From the NCBI RefSeq assembly GCF_006345805.1, contig NC_043004.1, positions 7,998,001-8,062,000 of the forward strand: a DNA stretch of 64,000 nt, in the 5' to 3' direction. Position numbers and translations under genes: made by a program. This DNA is from Octopus sinensis. Its lineage: Eukaryota. Every line of letters starts with the position of its first letter. Within the stretch, counting starts at the first letter, position 1. Positions 39,380 through 52,230 of the stretch are shown in pieces. The notes under the pieces were generated by a model. That model saw nothing but the letters and a program-made list of their open reading frames with translations, did no database searches and was not told where the DNA came from.

Positions 39380-40696
39380 ACACCCTAATGGGAGCCTTAA
39401 CTCCGAAATTTTACTAATTTCTTTTATGTTCCAAAACTATCTCAAAGTTACTGAATGGATCTTTATGAAATTTGGAAATTACATTCTATGCATAAGGGCC
39501 ATAACCCCCATGACAATTCATATATTTTTGCTGTTGATGAAATTTTAACCATAGATATTAGACACAAATGAAATAATATTTATAAAATTTCATCTTCTTA
39601 CAAGTTAGAAAGACCCCTCCATGGGAACTTAACACCCACAATTTTGTCATTTTATCTAAGCAAAAACGAATACAGTTGTGCTCCTGGAAGCTGTAGGATT
39701 ACCCGAGCATAAAAGTTGGGCATTATTTCTAATTCAATGGTACAACAGTGTAACACTTTGCTTTGACATACACTTACATTGTGATTTCTGCAATGTGGTG
39801 CATAAATTGTCAAGTAAATGAGAGGCACCTTTGCCTCCACTGATTCAGTTGCAAAGTGTTGAGTAAAGTTATTTGATTGCAGACCTCCTTTCAGTCTTTT
39901 TATTATCACTCGGTCACACATAGTCCCCAGATGGTAACATTGATTCCAAGGCTTTCCCAGATGAGTGACTGGTTATTCAAAGACATTTATAGATTTTATA
40001 TTTATTCTGTCCAGTTACGTATCAGTATAGTGGTCATTTGCAAACTCCAGAGGTGACACTTTAGTTTTTCCTTAGATCTCACGTCACACAGTTGTTAATG
40101 TTGATTTCAGTTGGGTCACGCCCTTCCAGTTGCTATAGATTCGTAATGCAGCTTACGGTTGTGCCTGTCACTTAGATGGTGAGGAATCCTACATTGGGAG
40201 TGGTAACGACTAGGGTAGGGTTGCTGACTTCTTATTGTGATCATTCGTCTTTTGGCTTCCTGTAGCTTTGCTCTCTTTTACAAACCCAGTGAACATATAT
40301 TTCTTATTTCAAAGAAATTCAAACAGTAGATATAAGACCCAAGTTAAAAAGATTCTCAAGAATTCAACTTCTCTGGTTGACGTTAAGATGCCCACCCCCA
40401 ACAGGGGCCTTAACTTTCACATTTTAGAGCTCTATGGCCTTCATTTCTCAGGTGCAAAATCTTTTTAACAGGTTCAATAAGACTGGAATTCCGGAATATG
40501 CGCATAAAAATCAGTAGTATGGGATACATGTGGCACGATTACAATTTTTTTAGGGTGTGTAAAGAGGGAAATAATCCTCATCTGCAATTTTAATGAAATT
40601 CGAAACATAGATATTCCAGTTCATTACAGAAAATATAACAAAAAAGTCTAATTCTTCAAATGAATGTAACCGGGCAACGCCGGGTATCTCTGCTAG
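39380..40696 (+). mobile_element. non-autonomous Helitron-like element (3' hairpin plus CTAG at 40693-40696)
   Basis: CCGGGCAACGCCGGG...CTAG|T terminus resembles that of 12140-12536; the 5' boundary is uncertain. Confidence 0.55.
39650..40100 (-). pseudogene. third PIF1-type helicase relic
   Basis: Minus translation GLC..RVIIKRL, CQSKVL, GAQLYSFLLR, decayed forms of GLCNGTRLIV, KSQGQTL and GQLYVALSR. Confidence 0.55.
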
Positions 40697-40893
40697 TATA
40701 TATATATAAAAGGTTTCCCAGACGGTCTGAGAGATAAGCTTTCCTTTATTTGAGCAAATCAGTTCCTACGCGTGGAGTAAACGTCCAATCTGTTGAGTAT
40801 TCCATAGACACGTGTATGTCTTTGGCTGAATCGTTGTGACAATGTGACAAGGCTGGAGATTTGAATTACAGACATAGTCCAGTTAGAGAGATG

Positions 40894-40943
<50 letters not shown>

Positions 40944-41150
40944 TGGAATGGATGGGATTAATAGACCATACAGCTGAATTGGTGCTTTATCGACACCCCA
41001 AAAAAGAAAGCGTTGACCTCAGAAAGATTTGAAACAGTGTGCGGAGATCTGAAGCGGATACCATAAGGCATTCTATCAGACGTCTAGCGTTTGTACTGTT
41101 TGTACACACGCACATACAAACGCGCGCGCACACACACATGCGTTCACACA

Positions 41151-41196
<46 letters not shown>

Positions 41197-42540
41197 CACA
41201 CACAGCTATTTAAATTTTAAGCATTTAAAACGTTTTTACCTTTGAGATTTGTAGTCCCTTAAGCTTTTATGGAACCCCATCTGTTGGTTTTTATACATGG
41301 ATCGAACTTCCAGCAGAGATTCATTGGTCTGTGGAAGGGTTTGTGTCAATATTGATTAATTTTGGAATGTTGAATCTTAGCAGTTGTTCTATCCGTTTTC
41401 GATCTGAAATCATACGGTATTGTCTTCAAAATAAATAAAATAAATAAAAAGAAGGATTAGACCTAGATATGAGATAATGTGATCGCAGATAACAACTTTG
41501 AAATACAAAAAAATGTTGTGAGGGTCACGGATAGATAAACCTATTAACATAGGTATGCTTGATCAGATCTGATCTGGAACAAAACAATAAGAAATGGATT
41601 AAAGCGGGAAACTTCGCCTCCACACATTTCCCCATCCACACAGAACACTCGAAAATGCGTGAGCAGTGCCAGTCCTATTAATTCTGACATGTTGAAATCA
41701 CAGAGGATAAAAAAACATTTAAAAGTAATAAAAAACGAAAGGTGGACCACATCGAGGTTTCGTTTCAATATTTGACACTCGTCAGATTGTGTGAATGTAA
41801 TTAGATCTGTCAGACATCATTTTTAATATGTCTATCACAGAATGGCCTATTATTTCTCCTCTATCCTATATTTATATGTGTGTGTGCGTCTGCGTATATT
41901 GCATGTTGTGTCTGCGTATATGTATGTGCATTTGTAGGTTCATACATATATACACATACATATACACACATACGTACACGTGCACACATACACGTGTTTA
42001 TGACTTTGTGTATGCACACACACAAGTTTTGGCAATGAAATATATACTATAACTGCACACACACATACACATTTTTCTTCATCGGTATATTTTGGAGTTT
42101 TGTCTTCTGTCTGTCTTTTCTTACAGACATTTGCCATAATTCTATTTAATTCTTAATTAGTTATTTAAACATTCTCCCTGAAGAATGCTTCATGGAGACA
42201 AACCAAGATGTTCCCTCAACATATTTTCCGTATAGACAGATCCTGGGCATTTTAAAGCCTTCCTTAGCCAATCACTCGTGCTGTTACTGCCTCTCTGAGA
42301 CAGAATATTTACAATATACACGCAAACCGTTCATCTCTGATGTCTGTCCTTTCCACTTTTTGGAGATTCCTCCTTGACCACAAATATGATTCATACATAA
42401 AAGTATCACCAAATTTTATATTATTATTCCGGTTGATGAGTAACGATTTATGCAACGATATATTATGCTAAAATCTGTTTAGGCGAATTAAGATGTGTAT
42501 ATATCTATATACATTTATATATATGTATATGCATATATAT

Positions 42541-42615
<75 letters not shown>

Positions 42616-42707
42616 TGTTATATTTCGGAATGGTCATATTGCCAGTTTAGCCAATAAAAAATCTTGCACAACAAATATTTAAACGTATATATATATATAA
42701 TATATAT

Positions 42708-42767
<60 letters not shown>

Positions 42768-43124
42768 ATGCATATATAATATATATATGATATATATATA
42801 TGTATTATATACATATATATATGTATATATATGCATATATATATATATATATGTATATATTTATATATTATATATATATATGTTGTCGTTAAATGCTCGA
42901 AATGAAGAGTAGATTGACAGCCGACAACTGATGAAGGGTCATTCTTTATGTTACTTGTCTTGTTTTACATTTGTTTCTCTCGCTGTTCGCATACCCAAGT
43001 ATGTCTTCGTATTTCATGTTGTCTTCGTATTTCGTATTTCATGTTGTTTACGTTTTGTGACGTCCTGTACCCATATATGCATATATATACATATACATGC
43101 ATGTATGCATTCATATATTTCATA

Positions 43125-43163
<39 letters not shown>

Positions 43164-43171
43164 ATATATAT

Positions 43172-43215
<44 letters not shown>

Positions 43216-43217
43216 AA

Positions 43218-43669
43218 CAGGTCGTCGTTGACTTACGACCACAATTGGTTCCGACTAACTGGTCGTTAGTCGATTTGGTCATAAGTCGACCTATACGCTA
43301 CATAGCTTTGTTTAATATTTTTACATTCTTAAGGTACATTCTCGGGTAAAAGTCACACACATCATTCTGTATTATACTATTATAGTGACGTTAGTCAAAA
43401 TTTTCGGAGTCTCAAGCAGTTGTCTTATAAACAAATATGATGTTGCCTCGATGTCTCCGCGACAGGATAGTCATCCAACAGAGTGGCGATCGATAACCAA
43501 AACCGAGGGGAAGCGTTTGTTAGCTGATATCATCCGTAGATGGGTTAATTTCTAAGAAATTAAAACGAATTAGGTTTCAACTGGACTATTTATCATTGCT
43601 GCCGGGGGCTGGCGCGCCAATCTTTGTAAAGTCGATCGGTCATAAATCGAATTGGTCGACGACAATCTG
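43218..43669. mobile_element. pogo/Tigger-derived MITE
   Basis: Imperfect TIRs CAGGTCGTCGTTGACTTACGACC and CAGATTGTCGTCGACC...TTTATGACC; TA at the right end. Confidence 0.65.
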
Positions 43670-43884
43670 TATATATGTATATTTCGAGTATATATAAATC
43701 ACAGTATGTATAATAAATAACGCATACATTTCTACAATTCTCAACCGATTTTTACCAAACTTTACATACATTACTTATGTCCCAAGGATGATCATGCACT
43801 ATAACATTTTCCCCAGAGCTTCCGCGCAAATGAACGTAAATGGACATAGATTTTTGTATGTAGGGTCTTCCATACTTTTTCTTT

Positions 43885-44322
43885 AATTTGAGTCAGCCAT
43901 TTGACTGCGGCAATGCTGGAGCACCGCCTTCAGCCGAGCAAATCGATCTCAGAATTTATTCTTTGTTAGCCAAGTACTTATTCTATCGGTCTCTTGCCGA
44001 ACCGCTAAGTGACGGGGACATAAACACACCAGCATCGGTTGTCAAGCGACAAACACAGACACACAAACACATACATACATACACACATACATACATACAT
44101 ACACAAACACACACACACACATACACACATACACACACACGCACACACACACATATATATATATAGGACGGGCTTCTTTCAGTTTCCGTCTACCAAATCC
44201 ACTCAAGTCTTTTGTCGGCCCGAGGCTATAGAAGAAGACGCCCAAGGTGCCACGCAGTGGGACTGAACCAGGAATCATGCGGTTGGTAAGCAAGCTACTT
44301 ACCACACAGCCACTCCTGCGCC
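43885..44322 (-). mobile_element. SINE family B, full length
   Basis: Reverse complement of 2770-3172, including the head GGCGCAGGAGTGG. Confidence 0.9.
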
Positions 44323-45296
44323 TTTTTTAATCATTTTATAAAAGTGAAAAGATTTTGTCTATTTATTTCGACTGTCCACGTGCCAGGGTGATTAAATTCA
44401 CGAGGAAGATTGTACGCGATTACTATCCAATACCAAACAATCTTAATCTCCATATTTAAACTGCATTAAACTTTGACAAGCTTACCTTTACCTATTCTGG
44501 GTTACTTGAAAGGTGACGTTCCCTTCCCTCTCTTCTATTTGTTGATACCTTTGTTTACCTACCAATGCGTTGCTTCACTTTAAGGATGCTTATTTACCCA
44601 TCTATTATGATATTTCGACTGTTGTCCATTGTTTCAAATACGTTTTAGCATTGTCGTTCTAGCCTTATTTAAACAATCACATAAGAATCAACCTTTAAAT
44701 AAGAGTTTTGCTTCCACTAATGAAAGCTATGCGTATCTTTCAGAAAACTCCATACCAATTTAACTTTGTGCTGCATTCGCTGTTTATGCGCAGGCTATGT
44801 GAAAAGACAGAATAAAGGGGATTTTGTTAGCTTATCTCTCCGAAAAAATAGCTCCCTTTGCTGCTGGAAAAAAAAAAAAAAAAACTCGCGAAGGGGAAGT
44901 TTCAGCGTCTTCCTTCAATTTCATTACACCATTTATATGGCCGTTTCTGACAAGAAATTTTGAATTTCATGTAAAACAACTATATTTTGAAGTCATTATC
45001 CGTCATCTACTCCCCAAACACTTCAGTAGCTCTACTTTGCATCGCTTGCAAACTTATATGTTCTATGGTCATTAAAGTGCAACGACCGCCACAATAACCA
45101 GCCTTCAATTTCATTTTCCGTTACCAGGTTAATCGGAGGCATAGATTGCCGTGCTACTCACAAACCTCGGTAGTTCGATCATTTAATATAACAAAAAAAT
45201 ACTACCTAAGCAATTTAACCATCTAAAGGACGAGTGCGTTTGGTAGTGTGTATGTGTGTGTGTGTGTGTTTGTATATTATATATATATATATATAT

Positions 45297-45342
<46 letters not shown>

Positions 45343-45479
45343 TATATATATATATAGGTAATATGTATGAAGTCCTTACTTTTTGATAAGGAATTACTTT
45401 ATTCATTCAACTGACCAACGATCAGCTCATAGAGTACATATAAATATCGGGTTGAAAATCCTTTTGGATTGAAGGTATC

Positions 45480-45785
45480 CAAGGTTGTCCGAACCCATAT
45501 TTTCTGCAGAAGAGGGCAGGCATTCTACCTCCGAATCAAAGCAATCCTTTAAATTTTCCTTCCGTTTAACATCTGTATTCTTACCAGCAAAAATTGCCCT
45601 TTGTTTACGTCAGAGAAACTCGAAAACTTCTCTCGAAGATTCTTATGATATCAGCAACATACAATTCTCGCTGGTAAGAATAAAGATTCTAAACTGGGGA
45701 GAAATTCAAAAGATTGCTTTTGGTTCAGCGGTAGAACGCCATCTTTGTCTACAGGAGATGTAGGTTCGAGTACTACAGGCAGCCT
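45480..45785. repeat. ~300-bp imperfect palindrome of two outward-facing tRNA-like heads
   Basis: 45516-45596 aligns to the reverse complement of 45662-45740; the plus arm has TGGTTCAGCGGTAGAAC and GGTTCGAGTAC. Confidence 0.7.
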
Positions 45786-46602
45786 TCGACATTTTGCATT
45801 CAAAAGCGTTTTTCAGCCTACTATTTACGTGCCATTATTTATAGATTTATGTGCTTCGAAATCCGCTGTTCCCAAAAAGAATTATTTCACGTTCTCTCGA
45901 AAGTTTATAACGTCAATTGCACATATATATATATAGAGAGAACATTAAATAATACGTGCCACGTTATATTTTAATTAAGCACACACACACACACACACAA
46001 ACGCATACAAAAGAAACGCATGCGCACACACAAGTTTGAAGTCAGTTCGAAATTTCGTCAAGGCATTTTCAAACTGTGTATATTAAAAAAAATGATCACG
46101 TAAATACATGAACAGGTATGGAAGGTGAAATGAAGCTGGGATAGAAGTAGGAGGGGGTTGGGAGGAGGAGAAAGAATGTAAAAGATCAATTAGACGAGGC
46201 GGGAATTTGGTAGTGTTTAAAATATGGAAGACCATAACATGAAAAATAGAACGAAAGAAAGAAAGAAAGAAAGAAAGAGAGGAAGAGCGGAATACATGAA
46301 AGACGTAGCAAGAATTCTTGACACTTAAGGTTATAAAAGTCACAACAAATATTTGTTTGAAGTGTTTATAATCACGCCTGTTTCTCTGTCTCTTGCACTC
46401 CCACGTTCTCTCCCTTTCACACACACACCTCCCGTTGTCAACAATTGAACCAAAATACATTCAAAGTCGCGTACAGAGAAAAACCTGGCGCTTATAAGTA
46501 AATAAAATGTTTAGGCAGTTAGTTATATCATCTCTAAGCTATGAACTGCTTACAACAAACAGGTAATCAACATGTCAATGCCAGAAGTAACGCAGGATCT
46601 TA

Positions 46603-46660
<58 letters not shown>

Positions 46661-46745
46661 ATATATATATAGATATATATATATATAGATATATATACAC
46701 GTGTGTGTAAAAATATTCATACATACATACATACATACACACACT

Positions 46746-46777
<32 letters not shown>

Positions 46778-46797
46778 GGTATATATATATATATATA

Positions 46798-46853
<56 letters not shown>

Positions 46854-46871
46854 TATATATTACGTATATTG

Positions 46872-47100
46872 TTAACACACATAATATATTATATAACGGG
46901 AAGGTTTACGAAAATAAACAAAAGACGAAGGCAGGTGGAGTACAAACAAAAAAATGTATTAGTATGGCGCTCAGGAATAGAAATAGAACAAGTCTTTTAC
47001 GTTTCGAGCTTACGCTCTTCGACAGAAAGATACACAGAAAAAAACAAGGAGAGAAACAAGGAGAGAAAAAAAAGCGTGTAGGAGCTAACGATCTATCTTA
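46872..47100 (-). mobile_element. Penelope-type short repeat carrying a variant hammerhead-like motif
   Basis: Contains 46993-47030; its minus-strand 3' end abuts (TA)n. Confidence 0.5.
46993..47030 (-). ncRNA. hammerhead-like motif, core variant CUGUCGA (A6 to U)
   Basis: UCUUU-CUGUCGA-A-GAGC(GUAA)GCUC-GAAAC-GUA/AAAGA. Confidence 0.55.
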
Positions 47101-47256
47101 TATATGTTTGTATATGTGAAATTCTGCGTTACTGCTAGCTCTGAGTTCGACTAGGTAAGTTTCTGCAAGGAGTCAACGGGACTTTAAGTTGCATGAGGTC
47201 GAATCAAACTGTTTTAAATAATAATAATAATAATAATGATGATAATAATAATAATA

Positions 47257-47295
<39 letters not shown>

Positions 47296-47324
47296 TAATA
47301 ATAATAAAATATAATAATTAATAA

Positions 47325-47881
47325 TGCCCTGATGCAGTAGTACCAGGCAGTGGCTCTCATGGCTTCTGATCTTAACTGATTGGAAGTGTTATCATGTACA
47401 TTGTTTTGTCTTGGTATAAAGATGGGCTACAGCAAATATTCTGCTCAATACCACAGATTTGCTTGTCAGTTGTTTGACCTTAACCAGTTGAGCATGTCCC
47501 TTAGTGGCTGACGATATGTGCATCTCTGATCACGAGCAGAAGTAGTGGGGGAGCATCATAGCCATGTGTTGAGAGGGATTCTTGGGGGTTTGAATAGTTC
47601 ACCTCTGGAAACATGGGTGGTTCTTTCAACATCCTTAAGCAACCCTTATTCAGGGACCGTTTGAGCGGGATGGGCTACTCAACCTGAAGAAAATTCTAAC
47701 TGGGCCCCACCTGCAAGGTCATGTGCTGTTTATCTTGATATGAGATCACCATGTCGCGCACATATGGTTGTGATGCATGTGCCTGGTGTACCTTTATCAG
47801 ACGGGTAGTCATGATGGGTATATTGGGCTTCGTATATTTTACCCCAGTGTCACTTTGATGGCATGAACTGCTCTCTCACTC

Positions 47882-47882
<1 letters not shown>
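47325..47882. mobile_element. ~560-bp non-coding interspersed element embedded in (AAT)n
   Basis: Flanked on both sides by (AAT)n (47220-47324 and 47883-47920); partial copy at 8093-8382. Confidence 0.75.
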
Positions 47883-47921
<39 letters not shown>

Positions 47922-47996
47922 TCTGGCAGCTTCACTCTGCGGTTTTAGCTTCGTTACTATGGCAACAGTCCGATACTTATTGATCAGACAACGTAT

Positions 47997-48063
<67 letters not shown>

Positions 48064-48424
48064 TACTTAAGTTAAAGGCATCAGAATTGGGTATGATATC
48101 CATATAATTCAAAATGCGGGATTATAATCAAAATAAGCTAGTTCATATATTTCTTTTTATCGTACAAGAAATTAGACTGAATTCGATATTCTAATCAATA
48201 TTCTAATGGATATAATAAAAACAGTAACACTGTTTTCCCAAAATATCCAGTTGAAAATTTCTTAATCCTAATCTAATAATCCTAACACCAATTCGACCTC
48301 AGTTTGACCTTTATAGTGTAATCAACTGATTTAACACTAAAAGTTTCTATGCAAAGGATATCGTGAATAGGACACATCTCTTTACACCTTTACGTCCTCG
48401 CATGACTCCTACACAATAAAAGTA

Positions 48425-48565
48425 GTACAGTTCTATATTCAAGAGATGAGGAATTATGTACATTATTTACATTATTTACACTTGATAGATATTTGTCCGC
48501 GTTTGTTGTAAACACAACGTTTCAGCTGATATACCGCCAGCCTTCATCAGGTGTCTTGGGGAAAT
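48425..48565 (-). mobile_element. Penelope-type repeat fragment with a hammerhead
   Basis: Contains 48510-48557; downstream TGTAAATAA occurs twice in tandem. Confidence 0.55.
48510..48557 (-). ncRNA. minimal type I hammerhead ribozyme, predicted GUU cleavage between 48516 and 48515
   Basis: AAGACAC-CUGAUGA-A-GGCUG(GCGGUAUAU)CAGCU-GAAAC-GUU/GUGUUU; palindromic helix III ACGU. Confidence 0.75.
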
Positions 48566-48769
48566 ATAAGTAGTCTCACATCAAACCGGAATAAATCTCC
48601 TCACCATGACTCTCAATCCACACCTTACAAACTCATGCTTCCCTCTTGTTTTCCTATATTCCCGTTTTCTTTACGACTAAAACTTTGTTCTACCTACATC
48701 ATATTGATCAGTTTAACTCATAAAAAGAACCCAACTTGTCAAAGATCTATTTAAAGTCAAAGAGAAGCG

Positions 48770-48885
48770 AATACTCTGTTGATATTGAAATTCTCATCAA
48801 GGAGCTTTGGATCTAGGTTAGAAACCGGCTCTTTCCCTATAGGCAAGGAACCTTGAAATAAAACTGAATAATGACATACATACAT
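48770..48885 (+). mobile_element. 3'-terminal fragment of the R4/Dong-like element
   Basis: Reverse complement of 21215-21325; AATAAA followed by (CATA)n. Confidence 0.6.
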
Positions 48886-49078
48886 TCTTATTTACAAATA
48901 CCTGTACATATGTGTACGCACAATCATGCATGTGTATATACACAGATATATTGACAAATACAGAATAAGTCACAAGAAGTCTTTGAGGAGGCGCGTGGCT
49001 TAGTGGTTAGCCGAATACGAACAAGCCGAAATTTCGAAGTCACTGTCGTATTTTACATACATATATACATGCATGCAT

Positions 49079-49138
<60 letters not shown>

Positions 49139-49270
49139 ACACACGTATGTGCACATGTATATATCTGTACACATAAAGACACACACACCACGCCACACAA
49201 CCATATACATACATAAAGTAGGGCGATCGCTGAGTATTTTGCTTGTTATGTACATGTGCACACACATATG

Positions 49271-49310
<40 letters not shown>

Positions 49311-49824
49311 TATATATATATATATATACGTGTGTGTGTGTGTATGTGTGTGTATGTGTGTATGCGTGCGGCAGTATGCGTATGTGTGTAGTACTTCTTT
49401 GTGTGTGTGTGTATATGCGAGTGCTCGATTATGTGTATGCATATATGACACGATACATGCCTATATGTATGTGTATAGATATAGCTTCTTATACATATAT
49501 ACTGCCAAATACAAACCCCCACGTATATGAGCAAGTAGGTGTATATGACATATGAATTCGCATCTCTACGTGTTTCCCCTCAATCTGAAACTTCCCTTTG
49601 TCTCGTAATGTGTATATACTTGTCATAGATTGTATATATATATATATAATTATATTAATATATATATTATATATATATAATATATATATATTATATATAT
49701 ATTATATGTATATATGTATATATGATTCTTCAGTCTCACATATCCTCCTCGATCTCCATCTGTGTCTGGTCGATTGTTTCTCATTATACTGAGCTTATAT
49801 ACAGAGTCTAAGTTTTTTTCTCCT

Positions 49825-49857
<33 letters not shown>

Positions 49858-50580
49858 GTACACCCAGCATGTATGCATGTATATATATATATATATGTTT
49901 GTGTGTGTATATATATGTGTGTGTGTATACCTAGGTATATACACAATCTTAAGTAATACCACATGGCAGTTGGTTTAATACAATCAAACGTTACGGGCAA
50001 CAGCAATAGTCTGTATGTGGTCGACATTAAATGAATGTCCTTTCTTGGCGGAATCCAGTAAGTCACGTTAATTTATAACAGCACGAGATGGCCTCCCGCC
50101 TGACAATTTTAACAAGATGGGCGGGAGACACCCACCATCCAACAAAATAATCAATATGGCTGTGTCCGTGTACCACAATAAATTCTCTTCGCCCTATTCT
50201 TTCCCCGCTTAATTTTTTTCTGTCACTCATCTTGTATTATTTATGAATAGCGCTTAAGATATTTATTTCACCATTAGGATAAGAATAGTTTATTAAATCC
50301 ATCCATCCACCCATCCATCCATCCATCCATCCATCCATCCATCCATCCATCCATCCATCCAACTACACATATTTATCATACGTACAGGCATATATTTATA
50401 TGCTTATTGACTGTGTATATACATTTATTCCAATCTGTTTGTCTATCAACCTATCTGATGCACTTTATATGATATACATGCATATATACACACCATAATA
50501 TAATATAACACAATATAATACACACTCACACACATACACATATGTACATACATACATACATACATACATACATACATACA

Positions 50581-50616
<36 letters not shown>

Positions 50617-50797
50617 TACATACGCATAAACACAAACATATATACATTAATATAAATAAAGAGCTAAATATACTATGATAGAATTTATTTTAACAATTAA
50701 ATATTTATATTTAACAACAACTGTTTCGCAGGTTAATAAACATGTATAAATAATTTATTTTCCTATATTTTATAATAAATAATAAATTATTCATATG

Positions 50798-51004
50798 CAG
50801 TCATCCTTGGACTATCCGGGTGTTTCGTTCCCAAACCCCAGCAATAGGTGAAAATCTGCGCGGTAGAAACGGTACTGTACTGTATATTTTAAAAAATTAT
50901 TTTTATGATTTGTATATATTTATTTTATTATAAATACAAAACAACACTTCGAAGGAATCGATGTAGGCTTAAATAATAAACCGCGATACGGCTAGGTATT
51001 ACTG
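50798..51004. mobile_element. degenerate Tigger-like MITE
   Basis: Ends CAGTCATCC...ATCCGG and CCGCGATACGGCTAGGTATTACTG form weak TIRs. Confidence 0.4.
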
Positions 51005-51094
51005 ATTACAATTTTTAAATGAATGCAAGCTTAGTATTTGTATTAATTTAAAAATTGTATTAGGTTTAATAAAAAGTAACAACTAATTAATCAA

Positions 51095-52219
51095 TAATGT
51101 ATTCACCCTTGTTGTTTAAAACTTCTTCCCAACGGTCAACGAGATTTTCAATACCTCGTTAGTAGAAATCACCCGATTTCGACTCGAAAAATTGATCCAA
51201 CTAAGCTCTCAATTCTACATCAGTATTGAACGAAACTCCGCGCATAACATTTGAAAGAGATCGAAAGAGGTGGAAATCCGTTGGTGCCAAATCAGGAGAG
51301 TACGGTGGGTGTGGCAGCACTTCCCAGCCATGCGTTTGAATGGCTTCCTTGGTCACATTGGCGATATGAGGGCGGGCGTTGACGTGCAACAGAAAAACTC
51401 CATACTGCCAATCAGGTCTTTTCTCTTGAATAGCCGTGTTGAGTCGTTCCATCTGCTGAACATAGAGTTCCGCATTGACCATTTGGTTCCGTTCAAGCAA
51501 TTCGTAATGGATAATCCCTTTCCAGTCCCACCATACGCACAACATCATTTTACGCGGATGAAGATCTTGTTTCACGCGCCGTATCGCTTGTTTACCGGGG
51601 CTAAGCCATTCCTTATGTACAAGCACCATTTTTCGTCGCCAGTAACGATTTGGTAAAGAAATTGTTGCTTGTGTCCATGAGTTGAGCGGTGACGAGCAAG
51701 CAAACCAGCGGAGATTGTGGCTCGTTGATTTTTGTTTTTGCCACTTAAAGCATGCAGAACCATACTTCTGAACCTTTCCCATCAAGTGAAGATACTTCTC
51801 TATAGCAGTGTGGGAGCATTCCATTTTCTCTGTCAGTTTCCTTGTCGTTTGACGAGAATTTTCGTGCAAAAGTTGGTTTAATCGCTCTTCATCGGACTCA
51901 ACTGGACGGCCAGAACGAGGTGTGTCTTTGAGGTGAACTTGGCATATCAATCAAGAACGGTTCTTTCAGCTATGGCACCCGCTCCATACACAGCACAAAT
52001 GTCGCGAGCAGCTTTTGCGGCCTTAGAACCTTGATTAAAAGCGAAAAGAAGGAGGTGTCGAAAATGCTCGTTTTTCTTAACTTGACACCCCATGTTAATG
52101 ATCTGAAAATAAACAAAAATTAACTAAAATTAACTAGAAAAAAAAAAATTCCAAGATTTAAAAACGCAATAAATTCTTGAATTAAAAAAAAAAACGTGGG
52201 AACTTAGTTGTCAACCCAG
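51095..52219 (-). mobile_element. mariner (DD34D, Mos1/Hsmar-like) element with frameshifted transposase; one TIR at about 52196-52219 followed by TA
   Basis: IVTGDEKW; HVNARPH (second catalytic Asp changed to Val); HPPYSPDLAPTDFHLF; WVPH-like VLHAL. ATG at 52093; frameshift near 51760; other TIR not seen. Confidence 0.92.
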
Positions 52220-52230
52220 TATATATATTA

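Noticed and set aside
45715-45785. tRNA gene
   Set aside because: The D and T arms are plausible, but the anticodon and acceptor stems do not pair. Treated as a tRNA-like or SINE head.
51201-51950. 249-aa ORF as an active transposase or SETMAR-like host gene
   Set aside because: It is frameshifted, the second catalytic Asp is replaced by Val, there is no SET domain and only one TIR is visible.
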